Positions 36,601 to 52,208 of a stretch of 64,000 bases of DNA are shown here, piece by piece. How positions within the stretch are numbered: the first letter of the stretch is position 1; each line of letters begins with the position of its first letter. The notes under the pieces are model-generated. The model was given only the letters and a program-made list of their open reading frames with translations. It ran no database searches and was not told where the DNA came from. Made by a program: the position numbers and the translations under genes. Origin of the DNA: Lingula anatina (lineage: Eukaryota; Animalia; Brachiopoda); NCBI GenBank assembly GCA_051362555.1, contig CM120646.1:13826001-13890000 (forward strand), read 5' to 3'.

Positions 36601-38519
36601 TAGATATGGTTATATTATGCCCAATAACCTAAATAACAAAAAAAAAAAATAAATAAATAAATAAACAAAAACACTCGAATAATAACAGTATTGGTACTAA
36701 TCGTTGATCTTTGTGTAATGCATGATTTCTGTTATACTCAATAAGCTGCTTTGCTTTTTCTATTACAAACATTTTTGGTCACTCAGTGATTTATTAATAA
36801 TCTGTTAATGCCACACATTGCCACTGAATCATTTATGGTATTAGAACATAATACTACGTACATTAACGTATGCTATCTTTACTTATACTAACTTTCTATA
36901 CTATCACATATTCACACTACCAACAGTACTAGTGACAACGTCAAATCATGACTACGCCAACTACTATGTGTAGCATTCACTCACACTGTTCAACTTAAAC
37001 TGTATGTTATTTATTTACCTGCAAGACTAACATTTACACTGTTCAGCCCAATATTCACATTGATGTCGGCGTGTATATCTTCCGTGGACATGATTTTATA
37101 CGGACACTTGCTTCGTAAGCTAGAGAACTGCCAGTCCTGGCCGAAAACGGTCACTGAAAATGACAAAAGATCTCATTGAAATCGGTACTGTGAAGGCTGT
37201 TTATTTACTTATTTATTTATTTGTGTTTTTTTTTTTTGTTTTTTTTTTTTTTTTGTTTTTTGTTTTTTATATTTATTTATCTATTTATTTATTTATTGCG
37301 TTGAATGTTCTACATAAGATATGACAAATGATATACAAGAGAATACATGTACAGGGGTGATGTTCATCATAATGACCCTGTCTTCCCTCTCTTCCATTAG
37401 ATTTCTCGTGTTACGACACATTATTGCTTTTTAACTGATTTTACTGGTTCGAGTGATGGGTCTGCGTGTCACCGAACGCTGACGAGATATAATGGGCTCT
37501 TTGAAAGGTATTTGAACCAGACGTAATATCCTTTTCGTCGCATGTGACATATAATACAGAAAAAGAGTACCGGTATATTCGTATTCAGGTCTTGACAGAA
37601 GCCACCGAGAGTATATGCATACATTAGTGCGTATGAATATGTACGTATATATGTATGTATGTACCGGTACATGCATTTTAGGCCTAGGAGCGGAGGAAGG
37701 GTCACGGAGGCATAAACCCCCTCCCCACATTTTTTCAACCAGGTCAGTCATAAGCACAGGAGGGTACATGGAATTATACCATCCTTTTCTATTTTTTCTG
37801 TATGGTTACCCCAAACACAAACATGCGCGCACACGCGCGCGCACGCACAGACACACCCACACAGTGAAACACACACACATAGTGACACAAACACTTTAAT
37901 TTTGACTTCTATTTACTGTATATGTATGTGTATGCATGTATGTATTGAATGTCAATTCTGTTGCCAAAACAATTGTACCTACCTAATATTGTGATAAAAA
38001 TGAATAAACTGTATAAAACTCTTAGAAATGTACTCCACTTCTGCAACGAGAAAGAAATATCTTTAATTGACATTGAACGACTTAAAAATTATATGGAGCA
38101 AAAAAATTATATCTCACTCTCGTAAACGTTATTTATGACATTGAATAACAGTATTTTAAATTATTAAATATCAAATTAGGTCTTTGAGGGATCTGGCGTC
38201 TTTCAACCAAAAAAGCTTTCCGTGTTTATAAGACCTCAATCAAAAACCTATCAAGGGACGTTGACGTGTCTGTCGCAACTCAGTACGCAGGAGGGAAAAC
38301 ACATTTTACAGTCAAAACCATTAGTTGCCACCGAGTAAAAGTGAATCAAGCACTTACCTCTCGCCCTCTTATACCGATCACAGAAACCAACATGGCGGCA
38401 GAGATGACAGCTGAGGCGAAGATGACGGCCACTTGCCGCACGTCCACAGACACGGAGACGTGTTGTTCATCATACCAAGTCTCGCCACTCGGCATACGAA
38501 ACGCCTTGAACCAACTCAT
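30698..38519 (-). CDS. DUOXA: Dual oxidase maturation factor (DUOXA/NIP/moladietz family), about 482 aa
   Basis: Exons 38519-38358 (MSWFKAFR..VIGIRGRE), 38040-37983 (KWSTFLRVLYSLFIFITIL), 37153-37019 (FGQDW..PYK..IHADINVNIGLNSVNVSL), 36577-36512 (YYNERFSW), 34429-34276 (EYEDALTLGAPSPILLVAEY..RAYRQSGYFTYIMLW), 32139-31928 (AFAFWALAN..YGWCFWLT), 31590-31388 and 31156-30698. The exons sum to a 1449-nt open frame, and the motifs are collinear with DUOXA1 (GIRG, GLxxVNITL, YNExFxW, ALxxGxPxPxLxxAE). Confidence 0.93.
31186..31251. repeat. (TTAA)n microsatellite
   Basis: Seen directly in the last DUOXA intron. Confidence 0.85.
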
Positions 38520-41164
38520 CTCTGAAACAATACCAAATAAAATATTAAACGATTTTTTTTTTACAAAAGGAAAAACCAGTATGAATGTGCTCGTGTATTA
38601 GTGTCTGTGGTTTTTTACCCGCCTTGTTGTCTCTCTCAGATTACTCTTATTTGAATAAGATAATCTGAAAAAAAAAAACTCCTAAGAGATACCAAGATAA
38701 CCAGAAAATATACCCTTACTTAGCAGAAGACCACAACCAGATAAATTGCATAACAGTAACGTCAAATCCAGTATATAAATAATGTCCCCTTAATTGGGTA
38801 ATCAAACTGAAATGAGAATGTGCAAATAAAGCAATCACAACACTGAGCACTTAGACCCTAAATTAATCAGTATAATCGATTTATAGTTTAAAGCCGAAAC
38901 AAAAAAATGATTTCGTGAGTTTCTACCAGGTAGTATTGCAGTATAAACAGTAAATACTGATAGCCAATGCAACCCCGAGCCGTGACGTCAACAAGTCTTC
39001 TTGTCTGCCCCTATGTCGTTGTGTAATAAAACCACAAACACGATATAAATGGAGACATCATTTCAGTCTTAAGGAAGCAGTAGGCACTTGCTCAAAAATT
39101 TATTCGTTGCAAATGAACGGTCAACGAACTCAGCAGAGCGTCCGTGGAGTGGTTTTGTCTTGTCATTTGATTGGTTGTCAACAGATAAATCAAAAGCGCT
39201 GTCTTTGACTGCGGCCTTTCATACATGTATCCACAACATGGTATTCACAATACTGACAATACTTGGTTGTTGGCTAGAAATAGATGCCCTCTTGATATTC
39301 GTTTTGTGAAACAGGCATTTGTAAAGAATGTATAGGCGATGAGTCCATAGACAATACGGAATCCAAAGCCAACAGAAAACGGAAGAAATCCCCGTGAGTA
39401 CGCACTGTCAAAAGAATGCCCGTCTCTCCCTGTCTCTACCGAACGCATTCAAGTTTATGTAATAATCATAATATGTATTAGGTAATGGAAACGCCACACA
39501 TCTACTGGAGACTACAGAAACTGATCCTACCTCTCTTTTACCGTATTGGTCGGGTGCAGTACACTTAACTGTTAAATATCATGAAACATGCCCCGACAAA
39601 GTCATTTTCATCGTGACCAGACCATATTAATATTCCGTTGCCCTCACAAATGAGCTTTAAGTAAAGCGGGTTTTACCGTGGCGAGCAGTGATGGTCTTGG
39701 ATCATTGGTGAAGGCGAGGTCTAAAGAGGGGGTGGGGGATTTTTCTCAACTTCACCCCCTCCGGTCCCCACCTTCCCCACTGCAAATAGGTCTATCTCTT
39801 TCCCTCCATTACACTACCCCCCCCATCTCTCTCTCTCTCTTTCTCTCCCTAATATCCCGTAATGAGCATTTTTTGTATATTTAGTTATTATAATATTGTA
39901 AAAAAAAAAATTAAAACGAACAAAATTAACAGAAATATAAAGGAAAATAGATCACAAATAAGCTTCCAACAACAGACACATATATATTTACATTGTTAGA
40001 AAACGACATGGGACAAATCATCAATACGGTTCTTAACAAAACAGAGATAAATATATTGCAATTCACTCATTAAGCGAGAAGAGATTGATATTGAATGATG
40101 TTCCTCAGCATCTCCTCAGCATTAGTATAAACGCAAAACAACAGTACATTGTGGGCACCTAGAACCTCCCGAGCGTGACGTCAAAACAAATGGCTTCGGA
40201 ACAGCTATATACAGTCAGCATGAGATGTTAATAAAAGGAGTATTGTAGACGTTAAGTCAATTTAATCAGTTGGTTCTCCCCGTACTAGGCGAAAAAGTAA
40301 TGATCGCTCTGCGCGTTATATTAAAAAACGCGTGGATGCCCTATGCGTATAAACAGCATTAAGCGTAATACTCGGCAATAAGGCGCCCACCATACTGAAG
40401 AAAAGGAATATAACTCATATATGCTAGTTTATAAAAGATATGTATTTTATATCATCATATTATTTTGTTGTATTAGTAGTTTAACATATAATATTATTAC
40501 AGCAGATGATGGAGGCCAATACACTGTAGGTTAGAAACCTTGCGTAAAACCCTAACCAAGATATATAATTAATGAAAAGCGTGTCGTCGACTATCATTCC
40601 TGTAGGACTGATTGTCACGCATTCTAAACATATGAAAATAAAAGGGAATGGTGATTAGCATTATATGATTAGCCTTTTCTCCTACGTAATACCATCTTGA
40701 GCGTTTCGCTGCATGTGTCTACTCTGCGGGTCTTTGAACTACTCCTCAAAAGTTGAAATTTTATTGCATATATCCTAAAGACATTTGAATTTCCACATGC
40801 ACGCGCATATATACATGTAAATGCTCGGCATTAATCAGACAGGCAAACAAAAAGGCTGGTGTGGGTGGGGGTGGGGGGTGGGGGGGTGGGGGGTAAGCCC
40901 ATATATCCTTCAAGAGTATTTAGAAACAAAAACTTTAAAAATCGTGCATGAAGAATAAATCAAGTATAGTTATCGTTAAATTCTGCATATGTCGGATCAA
41001 GTAATTGCTTTCATAAAACAAACTATATAATTAGCGAGGCCATGCTACCATAGCCGCAAATTACACGGCGCTGCAAGCGTTTGCACATTCCCTTCATTTT
41101 CCCGGGCTGTTTACAGACCTTATTCTAAAATACACGGAGGGTAGTAATTGGATGCGGCATTGTC

Positions 41165-41167
<3 letters not shown>

Positions 41168-41205
<38 letters not shown>
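41168..41205. repeat. (CA)n microsatellite
   Basis: Seen directly. Confidence 0.9.
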
Positions 41206-41207
<2 letters not shown>

Positions 41208-44200
41208 TGCATTACTCTAGCAAGAGTCTCGAAAACCATCATTTTGTATTGGTTTAAAGCAAGGACGATAACATGTGCTTCCTTGGTTAAAACAAAGACG
41301 GGGCTTAAGCCTAGTCTTTGGGAACAGCGTTCTAAGATCGAACTCGATCCGTATTTCCATGTGTACGTAACCGCAGCCTATGGTGACAATAGGAGGCCAG
41401 AAGGCGCGATAGAATCGGGCAGAAAGCACCTCGGACAGACAAAGCGACAGCGACATGATATCGCTTCATTCATTTTGGTATCAAACAGGTATTTTATCTA
41501 CAGTCCAAAAAGACATCTGAGTTTTCATCTAAATGACTAAGTCAATATCAAACAATCAATCAAACATCTTCACGGCATTTTGTCCAAGGCACTTCAAGAT
41601 AGAAAGAGGTCTTGGAGGTACGGAATAGTAGCCTAAATGTCCATCTTCGGGTTATATCGAAGCAGACGACTTCCAAAAAAAGAGAAACAAAACAATGGGA
41701 CGCGATTAATAAGGACCACCTGCTCTTATTCGAACTGGCTGAATATGTCAAAAAATCTGCCTTCCGTAACATCTAATTTTCAAAGTTTAATATTTTGGAG
41801 TCAATCTTCTGATCTTTTACAATAACATGCACAATTATGTGCTTTGTTGCTTCGTTCAGATTATAGAAAACGTGATTTTTATTTTTAAATCATTCTGAAT
41901 ATCATGATGTGTCGCACGTCCTTAGTTAAGTTCAAAGGTAACAATGACAGTCACTAAAGTCAAATAATTCATGTTACAATGTAATATTTACCACTCAGCA
42001 AGACCACATATATATTTCCGTATATCTTTGACGGATACTGAATGTTACCAATTCAAGTTCTTGTTTTCTTGCTAAATTGGTCATTCATTACAGTAATTAT
42101 CTTTCAAAATTATCAAGGAAATTGTAACCAAACTGAAATGCGCGTAACAGAAAAGGGTGGAATTTGTTGTGATAACATCACTTAGGAATAAAATTATGGA
42201 GACAGATGCTCTTCTGCTGACAATAATTTTGTTACCAAAAATATTTTTTTAAATTTATTAAGGAAATTGTCGCAGACCCTACATGTATACTTGCACGTAA
42301 AAGGGAAAGCATTTAACAACGAAAATTTCACTTTGGCATTGATTCTGCAGTTGGAAAATCCGACCCTGGACCTTACTGTTATCATCATGGCTTTTATATG
42401 ATAAATATTCATTTTTAAACGTTTTAATAGAAATTGTACCAGACACAAGATGCACGGAGACGGAAACAGTGAAATATCTTTTCGCGACAGCAATGCTTTA
42501 GTATTAACTTCTACAGTCACTGAATGAATTCAACGGTCCTCTTTGCTGTTAGCTTCATGTTAAACTTGACAATATCTTATTAAAAATGTCTAAATTGTAT
42601 AGAAAGCCATGTATAGGTTCCAGTATTGAGAAATACGTTCAACCTATTGCCTGCTGAAAGATATGTACAGGACATGAAAGGATGTATGCAATTATAAGCC
42701 TATATTAATACGTGACATATTTGCTTATAAACTTTTGGTTAGACCCATTCGCCGAAAGACCTGACTAATTGATGATATAGGCCTAAATACATTTGAATGA
42801 ATACCTTCTTGTATAACGAGAGAGTACACATATTCTGTCACGTCTTACAGGTACGTACTCTGCCCACGTAGCCGGGCGCAATGTCATCGTCAGTTTGCAC
42901 GTCCGTACCTTCAAACCTTTTACTATGTGTCACTAGGCCCGATGAAGGATACCTGTACACGATTCCAAAAACGTTCAAGTTCCAGACATGACGGTGAAGC
43001 GGGTTTTCAATTTAGCCTGTATATTTGCCGGAGATCTTCTGTGACATTATTCACTAATTGACCCGTCAAACTGATGATTCACGGAAACGAGTTTGCAACC
43101 TGCGTTGAACACATCCGATGAATGATAAATAGTTCGGGATCTTTTTAACACCCCAATGACATTACTGAAGTCCTTACCTCACACATCCGGCAACAACTAG
43201 CAGATGACAGCCGACAAAATTCCAGATTAGTCCATCATTCCTATAGATACAACTGTCCCTTTATCTTTCTCACAGACTTGATTCCCCAGTACACAATTTG
43301 CTATCGTCTACATACTTGAATTCAGCAGGCAGACGATCCCGGCAGGCAAGCTGCGCTTTTTTGCGCACGCGCAGGATAAATTACACAAGTGTAAGACGGT
43401 GTTATTATGTAAAACCGCATTTCGTGCAGACGATCAATTTGGCACGGACTTCTCTGTTCCTTATCTTTACAAATGAAGATGCCTTGTTAAGATCCTTTGG
43501 GCGTTTTAGCCACAACTTAACAAAATAATGCCAATAAGATAAACGACATATCTTCTTAACGGCAAGATGTGTGAACGTTCTTATATTCAAAAGACACTGT
43601 TGTGCCTACTGTTGGTTTACAGAAGTTAAAAAAAAGCCTTGGTTTGATACCCAATACAAAGTGCAGAGGTAATTGCTCGTTTGTAAACGTGGGAAGAAGA
43701 AGAAGAAAAAGACATGTAAGATAAAGATGAAAGAAGAAGATTAAGACTTATGGATCTGATTGGCCACGCCGCAGATACATATAAAAAACGAGCCAACCAT
43801 ATTATTTGAGCTAATGCAGATTTCTTTTCAGACAATTTTGTTAAATCTTTTGTTAAAACAATTAATGATACCCATCTTCATCTTATTACTTGAAAAGAAG
43901 CTACATATTGTGACCGATTACAAGAAAAATGAAAAAGTAAAAGTTAAGGAATTATGCTAAATCATAAACGCCAAGAAAACTTTCGACTCCAAAAAGCTCA
44001 ATCTTGTATAAAAAAGGGATAAGCGCTTATCGCAACCAGAATCATAATGATTTATGATTACAGTTTACATGTTTTTTAACAAGGTGGTGAGTGTATTCTG
44101 TCTTATCTTACAAACCACAAAATACACTCTAACAAGGTCCAATCTAGTGACATCTAGCATAAGAAATACTAATGAACAAATAATCAAAAGGAAAACGGAC

Positions 44201-46830
44201 CACATTGTGATAAAACGATATGCATCAACCACTAATTTTCGTCTTTGTGTATCGTTTCTGAATGTAAGTGCATTTTTCAACACCATGAACCTTTGGTTAC
44301 CCTCAAAAAATTAAAGCGAGAGACTTCCAGATAAACCACTTTGAGTTCAGTGAACTTACATGTGGTCAACCTTAAAAAATTAATAAATAAAAAATACATA
44401 AAGCTGGGTGACGGATAAGTGACGCAGAAAGGTTAGATGCCGTCTGCCGATAACCGTCTGCCTACAAGAAAGAAACAATGATGGCCACGATGAGCGTTGT
44501 GGATGAAACGATGGTAGTATTGTTAAACCATGTGTTCTAAAACGTGACTTTATGTATTGAGGCGAGAAATGCACTCTCTCAATAACATTTTGATCAGTTT
44601 TTTCTCTTTTTTTACGATAGGGCGACGTATCTACTTGTTGAATATGCTTCTTACATTACATGATCGTATAGCACTGTATTAGATCTCCAATGGCAAATTA
44701 AACTTTTGTACATAAATATAGGGAATTTTTCAAACATTTCACCTTTACTTGTACCTTTTTCTATTTTGGAATAGATGGCGGAACGCCTATTTGGCCATGA
44801 CAAATGAATGTTTGGAAAACTATTATTATCAAAGATTAGTCTCTCTAACGTCCGGGCACTCTTTAATAGTGACCATTGGCGTGTTACTTAATTTTATTTT
44901 ACTTGTTGCCTGAATTCTTACAAACGATAGATAAGCGCAAAGCAAACGAACAGAATTTCTTTCTTTATCACCTATATGAAAATTACTGATAGAATTATAT
45001 CCTAGTACTATGACTAAAACTGACAAGGATTTGACACTTGGAATAAAATTACTCAAACAGATAAACATATACTTCTCCTAGCCTAGATTCTACCTTGTAT
45101 GAAAAGATTTTACCTCCCTTTGAGGAATTCTCCATTTTTAGGTGAAAACATTTTCTTCAGAAGTTGTTGTATTTCAACAACCCCCCCCCCCCCCCTCCCT
45201 CCGAAAAAAAGAAAGAACGAAAACAGGAAATTCAGTCACGCACGAGTTCTCTTACTCCCTTCTTTTATCTGGCTGTGGGTTTGGCAGTAAAGAACAACGC
45301 AAAGAATTTCATAAAAACTTAACCGCATCGAAATAAGCAAATATCTTTAAAAATTGGTTGCATTAATAACTAAATGAAGACAACACACAGATATACACCC
45401 GGACGTATCATATTCATGGTAAACCACAGGATGTCACGCTATTACTGCTAATTGATATCCAAACCGCAAACTTATAAATACGTACACTAGTGTGACACCT
45501 CGCGTGGCTTTGATTAAGTGGCATTAAAATTAGAAAGAATAAATAAATGATGTGACATTAATCACGCTTAGTGGACTCAGTTCTACTTTTGGTAGTACGA
45601 CTCAGTTAACGACTGTGAAATAAATAACACACCTTAAATACACTTGTTTACAAGCGCGATGCGAAACAGAACGTTGATTAATTGCTATAAGAATTAAGTA
45701 CAACAATGGCGATTTAAGAGCACTTAAACGAACTGCTAAGTGCACTTGCTTTTAAACGTCAGTTCACAATCTCCTGATGATAAACCCGCATTACGTTACG
45801 AGTCACGCTCCAGGATAAATAGGATTTTTAGAGGACATGGTCTTAATGCACTTTTATTGGAGCGTATAACTTTTATCATATTGAACACAGCTGTCTTAAT
45901 TTATATGATAATGCTCTCCTCTTAATCACCCTATTTGAGGATATTACATTTTGTACACTGTGTTGTATGAACTTAAATTGCTTTTTGATAAAGGCCTTCA
46001 AGATATCACATTCAAATAGTGATCTGCAGTTGGCACTCTTTGAAGTACTAATCTTAACCGCAGACCTGCCCGGCTTGTTAAACTTTATTCATTACCTACG
46101 CTCTCCACGCTGTGCTTTCTTAGGTTAAAATGCATGGCGTCTTCTTCTGGGCTTGAGTATTCCGATAATGTTATGAGATATTAGTCTACTTTGATTAGTA
46201 AAAAGTTGATGATTCTAGTGTTCTATCATAAAGCGATGTCCTTAATTGTCCTTGCTTGCGCCAATCCTGGTCTTGGTCAGAGACGATCCGACTTGCAAAA
46301 TTTTGCCCTTAAAGAAGGCAACCAACTCCAAATCCAAATAAAGGAATTTTGATAAGATACAGTAGCTTCTTAGCCGCACTATAAATGTTTCAAAAGTCTA
46401 CCCGGGCGTGGACATTCAATTCTTCTGCACTTGAAAAACATTAACGGACATCCAACCTAAATCATGAAAATTCCCGCAAAATGCTACTTTCGCAATCTAA
46501 ACCCAACTTTTAAACATCAGAAGGCGTTCTTAGGGGAATGCCGCCTCAAAATGAGCGTGCTACGTGTGCATATTAATTTCAACTATGTCGGCGTCTGCGG
46601 TCAAGGCAATGTTATACAAGGAAGCCCGAGGGAAGCACGCCTTTATTCTGTGGGGGCTCCACATCTGAGGTGTGAATCATCTTAATTTCAATGTCAAAAG
46701 TTTGTCTCCGTCTGCTTCAGAGTTGTCACGTTGGTTCAAATGACATTAATTAACATTATGAAGGTCATCATAAACCTATTAATTTAAGGTTTACGTCGAG
46801 GACACGCGCATGTACACACAAACAAACGAA

Positions 46831-46935
46831 CACGCGCGCGCACACACACACACACAGACAGAGAGAGAAAGAAAGAAAACGAGAGAGAGAGAGAGAGAGA
46901 GAGAGCAAGAACGAAAGAAAGGGAGGGAGGGGACG
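46831..46935. repeat. Compound (CG)n-(CA)n-(GA)n simple repeat
   Basis: Seen directly. Confidence 0.85.
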
Positions 46936-49767
46936 CAGGGAGTGGCGGGCGGGTCAAATCAACCTCCTCTCTCAAAGAGCATTTTTATCATTCATATACT
47001 GTGGCGTTAATGGCGACATTACATGTAGTCCCTAGGCTGTTGTCGTAGACGGAGAACTTATCAGTGTTGTTGATCTTGTATATAAATAAGCAATGTATGT
47101 GAATGGTCAATCTCTGTCCCAATATGAAAAATTACATGCATTCCCGTCTAATAGCAACTTGGCCTGAATGAGATGCCGGGCAAATTCCTAGCATACAGAA
47201 GACATCGGTTCCTTGCATCGAAAAAGCACTGGGCCAATACGCTACTATTGGTATGGACAGAGTGTCCTATCTGTGTACCGGCAGCCAAATGTAACATTGT
47301 TTTACATAAGATCCAAATCCGTCTGGCATAATGCACCAAAACCTCTTCGGGGTGTTGTAAGGACTCGGCGTGCACTTCATCAATAAGTGTCAAACTGTGT
47401 TGTTTACGAGTATTTGAGAAATAAGTCTATATTTTCTGTTTGCGAGATCTCTGTCACACAACAAAAGTAAGGAAAAACTAATTTTTGAGAGATTCTGTTT
47501 AACTTCTCTCTCTCTCTCTCTCTTTCTCTTTCTCTTTCTCTCTCCTCGTGGAATTCAAACAAATGATGATATAAACAGACCACGCGCACGTGTGCTGAAA
47601 CTCGAAATAAACCTAAATCAGCGATCTAGATTAAGACAAGCATATGCAGCTCATCCTTAATATTAACTATTGAAAAGTGCACATATTTCTTATGTAGTAC
47701 ATATCCTCTGGTTTGAGTCACTTTATGATAATGCGGGTCATTCACAAAGCAATGGGGTCCCATCTCTGGGGCATTGAGAGTAATTTGTAGGCATATGGTA
47801 AACGGAATGCGCCCTAAATTGAAATCATTAAATCAATAATTTATACGCCAAGGTTAATACACGATTTTGTTAACTTTTGCCAAAAGAAAATCCATAGATA
47901 ATAGAATTCTCCCTAAAACTGAATTTAATCAACGTATGAAGTTGTAAATATGTGCCAAAGGACGTCTTCACATTCTATTTTGAAAGTACCACAGGTTACA
48001 TCTAAACAAGGTCTCCTGAATTAGGGGTCACACGAAGATATGAAATTCTAGGTTATATACGAAATCTAACGAAGACGAAATCACGTTGTTGATAACTACG
48101 AACTACCTTGTCGGCTTATTGCATAGTGAGAAGTTGCAATAGAAAAATCATGAAACCATAAAAGGCCCTATCATACGAATACCTTGGATTCTAGCAGGAT
48201 AGTTTTTCTTTCAGTTCGTAGCAAAATAGATAAGTTTTTTCTGACCTTAAACTAAAAAAAAAAACACAAGCGTCGATAAAAAACACCCCTTTCTCCATGT
48301 CTTACAACGAGGTATCGCGCCAGCCCTGCGTGCAGTGTATCTTTTATGGCAATAAAAATGACTCGCGTTCCTACGATCAACTCTTTGTGCCAAATAAAGC
48401 TCTCGGGTCTGCGAGCCTTTATAAGAAGCGAGATAAATCTATGACAAGACTACATTTCAAACAAACATGAATATTCACATCGGTTATGTATTAGATAGTA
48501 AGTAATAAATTACCGTAACATCACAGGACAGTTATTTATAAGAAACATCAACGACTTTTTCGGGATTCTGGGCACCCGAACGGGTCGTCGCTATCATAAA
48601 GATGAACTGGACGAACATCAAACGTTAGAACGCAACTTGAATAACTTAATGTCGCGTTCGACCACTGCCGCAAGATAACAAAACCAATTGAAATACAAAT
48701 AGGTTAAAATACATGAGATCAAAGGTATTTACATAAGATGTCCACTGTATTGAATTAAATGTGTTCCTGGGGCAGGAATCCAAATTGATTTAGACACCGT
48801 CAGTTATTAAGTTTTTTTTTCCATCTTGCTATAATAGACCGATGGGCAGGTTATCTTCAAATGAGCAGATATTTTCTGAAAACTTTATATATATATATAT
48901 ATCTACATGTATGTGAGACATTCATGTTACGGACTGTTCACTTACCGGTATCACAGGTCAGTGAAAAGTTCACTCCTCTCTCTTCTCTTCAAGTGACCTG
49001 AAAAAGCAGAGTTGTGAATATTAAATATTCGTACATCGCTGGCATCTTTGGTAGGCGCGCCCTCTCCTTTACTCGGAGGCTAGAATAATTCAAGAGGGAA
49101 AAAGACGGCTACCGGTAGAGGAATGCACATGGAAAAGGGGTTGCGTTGAATCCAAATATGAATTTCTTGCACACCGGTGAGAGCTTCATATACATTGCAA
49201 GCCTTGTAAATGATCCCAATTCTTTAAAAAAAATGTCAAACACTTTACCTCAGTTGACTTTTTAATGAGACTAGAATTCACAAGAAAGCCTTACTGGATA
49301 ACTTCTTCTTTAAATAAAACTTTTTTTCTTGAAAGCAGTCTTATTTCAAATCTACTCAATTTTCAAACCCCGCCTCCTTATGGCCGATGATATCAGGGTA
49401 CTCAATCATGCCAAACTGACGGCATCTAAACGTCTTTACTTAAAATAGTATGGGAGTACGTGCAAAAACGAACGAGTTATGGGAGGTGACGTCATAAAAA
49501 AACTCGCGGTGACTTTGCATGTTGTAGATAATCAATACCTTTGCCCAGACGGTTTATTACAATTAATCAGTTCACGAAGATGTCACATGCTGAGTGTGTG
49601 AATATTTTGAACGCAGCCTGCTTCAACACCGCCTTCACTGCTAAGATATGAAAATATGTGTAATAGTTTGGCTGTACTTTCTTATAGTCCCTAGACACTT
49701 TTTTCTGCGGTTCAAAATGTCCAGACATTCGAAATTCCTAGTCTTTGTCATGATTGTCATATCTGTT

Positions 49768-49803
<36 letters not shown>

Positions 49804-52156
49804 ACACACAATTCACAAAATTACAGGCAGATGTCAACATTTTGTCAGATAGAGACACACATTATAGCTGTAAGCCAATAACACCAGTAAAAATATGAGG
49901 GTTTGACCTTAAATTGCATCCTATTAAATAAAAGACTCTAGGCTGCAGTTTTAGTTATTAAACAAGTTCGGTCTTTAATGGAATCATTTACCGGGAGGGA
50001 TGATTCCCTCTGCATAATTATTGTTTAGAAATGAAATCATGTCATTTTACACGTTTTGATTTAGCAAGAACTTTGGCCAAGGTGAAATAGAATTCACTCA
50101 AGAGTTAACTTCAATTTTGCGTGACTTAATTATAAAGATTCTTGAGAATACGTGACATCATTTTACCTTAATAATACATATCTCAGCATTCCACATAGAA
50201 GGAAACATTTTATAACAAAAAAGAATGCACCATTTCCTTAACTTAATATACTCTTAAACGGACTTTAGATAATTATAGAAAATAATAACATTGCCTCAAG
50301 TGACGGTTCTTTCGGTGAAAGAAATTTATTGCACTGTGGCAACTTTTCATAAGCCCAGAGAGGTGTACACGTAAGTACAAATTCTGGTATATTATAACGT
50401 CATAAATAGTACGATATTTACTTACAGCAATCACTTTATCTTACAGATTTATCGGTATCAACATTATTGACCCTCTATTACTTAATTGACCGCTGCATTC
50501 TGCCGTGAAAGGGGTAGTTAATTAAACGGTGTTGGAAATATCGCTGTCTCTATCGCCAATAAGGTGGTATCACGTTAAGTGTGTACATAGGTAAGTAACG
50601 CGTGAGATTAAGTGTTTCAGAATACTTGGACACGTTGCTTAAACTGTCCAACTGATCAGCTAAGTAGATAGCCCTTAGACAGGAGTCAAAACCACCCCAA
50701 ATTCCTACAATTCTAAGCCTGTCTGGATATTTATTTGATGATACCCGAAGGTTCTATGAGGAACTAAGCACGAGAGACAGTTTGCGTAAATCAGTAATAT
50801 TTTTCGCAATTTAATTACGGTGCTATGATTAATGCCATTGACACGCCTTTGTAAGTGCTTGTATAATGAAGGAAAATTTGACAACGTAAAAAAGTGACCA
50901 ATATAATGGATATATTGGGTAAAGACAATGCTTCAAGTTCTTCAGCGTCGTTGACGGGTTGAAATTAATACATCAAGTGACTCTCATCTCAAGTTCCTTA
51001 TAACACATTTTAACCATATGTTGCAGAGTCAACCCTTGTTACATGTATGGCGTTAAGGCTCGAAAGCATACGCCCATACGCAAGTGAAAAATATGAGTAA
51101 TCTCCCTATTTCTTGTATGAAAATGCCAGTGATAACAGGCAGACGAACCCAGATACATGTATCTAAGATCAGTTCTTCATAGTTTATTCAAAAGATTATT
51201 TATCATTTTCTTTTGGATAATCTTCAAATAATGTTTGTTTTGTCCCTAAAAGATATGAATTTGACATGTTGAAATCGAGTAGCTTATTCATTTGTCATGA
51301 GAGTTATTCCCGGGCGGGCCAACAATAACACACTGATTTGTAATCGTGGTTTATGAACACCTTGTCTTGAGTAATTTTTTCATTAATTTTAATTTGAGTG
51401 ATTTACGTAAACGCAGACCCTGTAATAGCACGCACTCTTAAGATTAATCGTTGTTCAAATATTGAGCGTGTTTTTAGATGACTACATTACCAGACGACGC
51501 GAGAAGGAGAATATCTGGGAAGCGGTGGTTACAACATGAGTTGTCGATTTAATGACTTTTTCAACAAGGTAAACAAGCTATTTTGCTCACTTAAAAGTGG
51601 AAAACTGTTTTGTATACCTTGATGAATACTGTTCTTCAAGAAAATACACAAGATGGTTTGTTTATTTGAAGTGAGATGTTGACGAAATGGCGATAGCAGG
51701 GAAAATTTATTAAAAGATTGCAGTCTTATCAAGGGATTTTGCAGTATTCCAGTATATAAAAAATATGACAGGTTAGCGACCCCCTCACCCCGCCCCTTGC
51801 AAATACAAATAATATCAACTCTGTCACTGACACGCCTCATAATCAACTTTTTCAAAGTCCAAAGGTGGTGAGAGGCTCCTCTTGATAGAACGCCTCACTG
51901 CGGCCATCAAGGCGTAGGCCAGGAATCGAATCTCAATAAACAGGGAGGAATTAATTTTGCTTGTTTGCTCTTGGTTTTGTGCTGGATAGAGGATGGCAGC
52001 AAGTACCCCCTCCCCTCCCCTCCAATCCTGTTCCACCTCTTCGCGCGTGAAAAATAATAGATGTAGATGGTGATACAAAGACAGATATTTCCTTCCTGAC
52101 CACCAGAAAACTGGACATTTTGTATACCACCTGTGTGCAAGGAGAGCTTTGCACCC

Positions 52157-52157
<1 letters not shown>

Positions 52158-52201
<44 letters not shown>

Positions 52202-52208
52202 ACACACC
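52158..52208. repeat. Poly-C run followed by (CA)n
   Basis: Seen directly. It produces the spurious poly-Gly and poly-Pro ORFs in the track. Confidence 0.9.
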
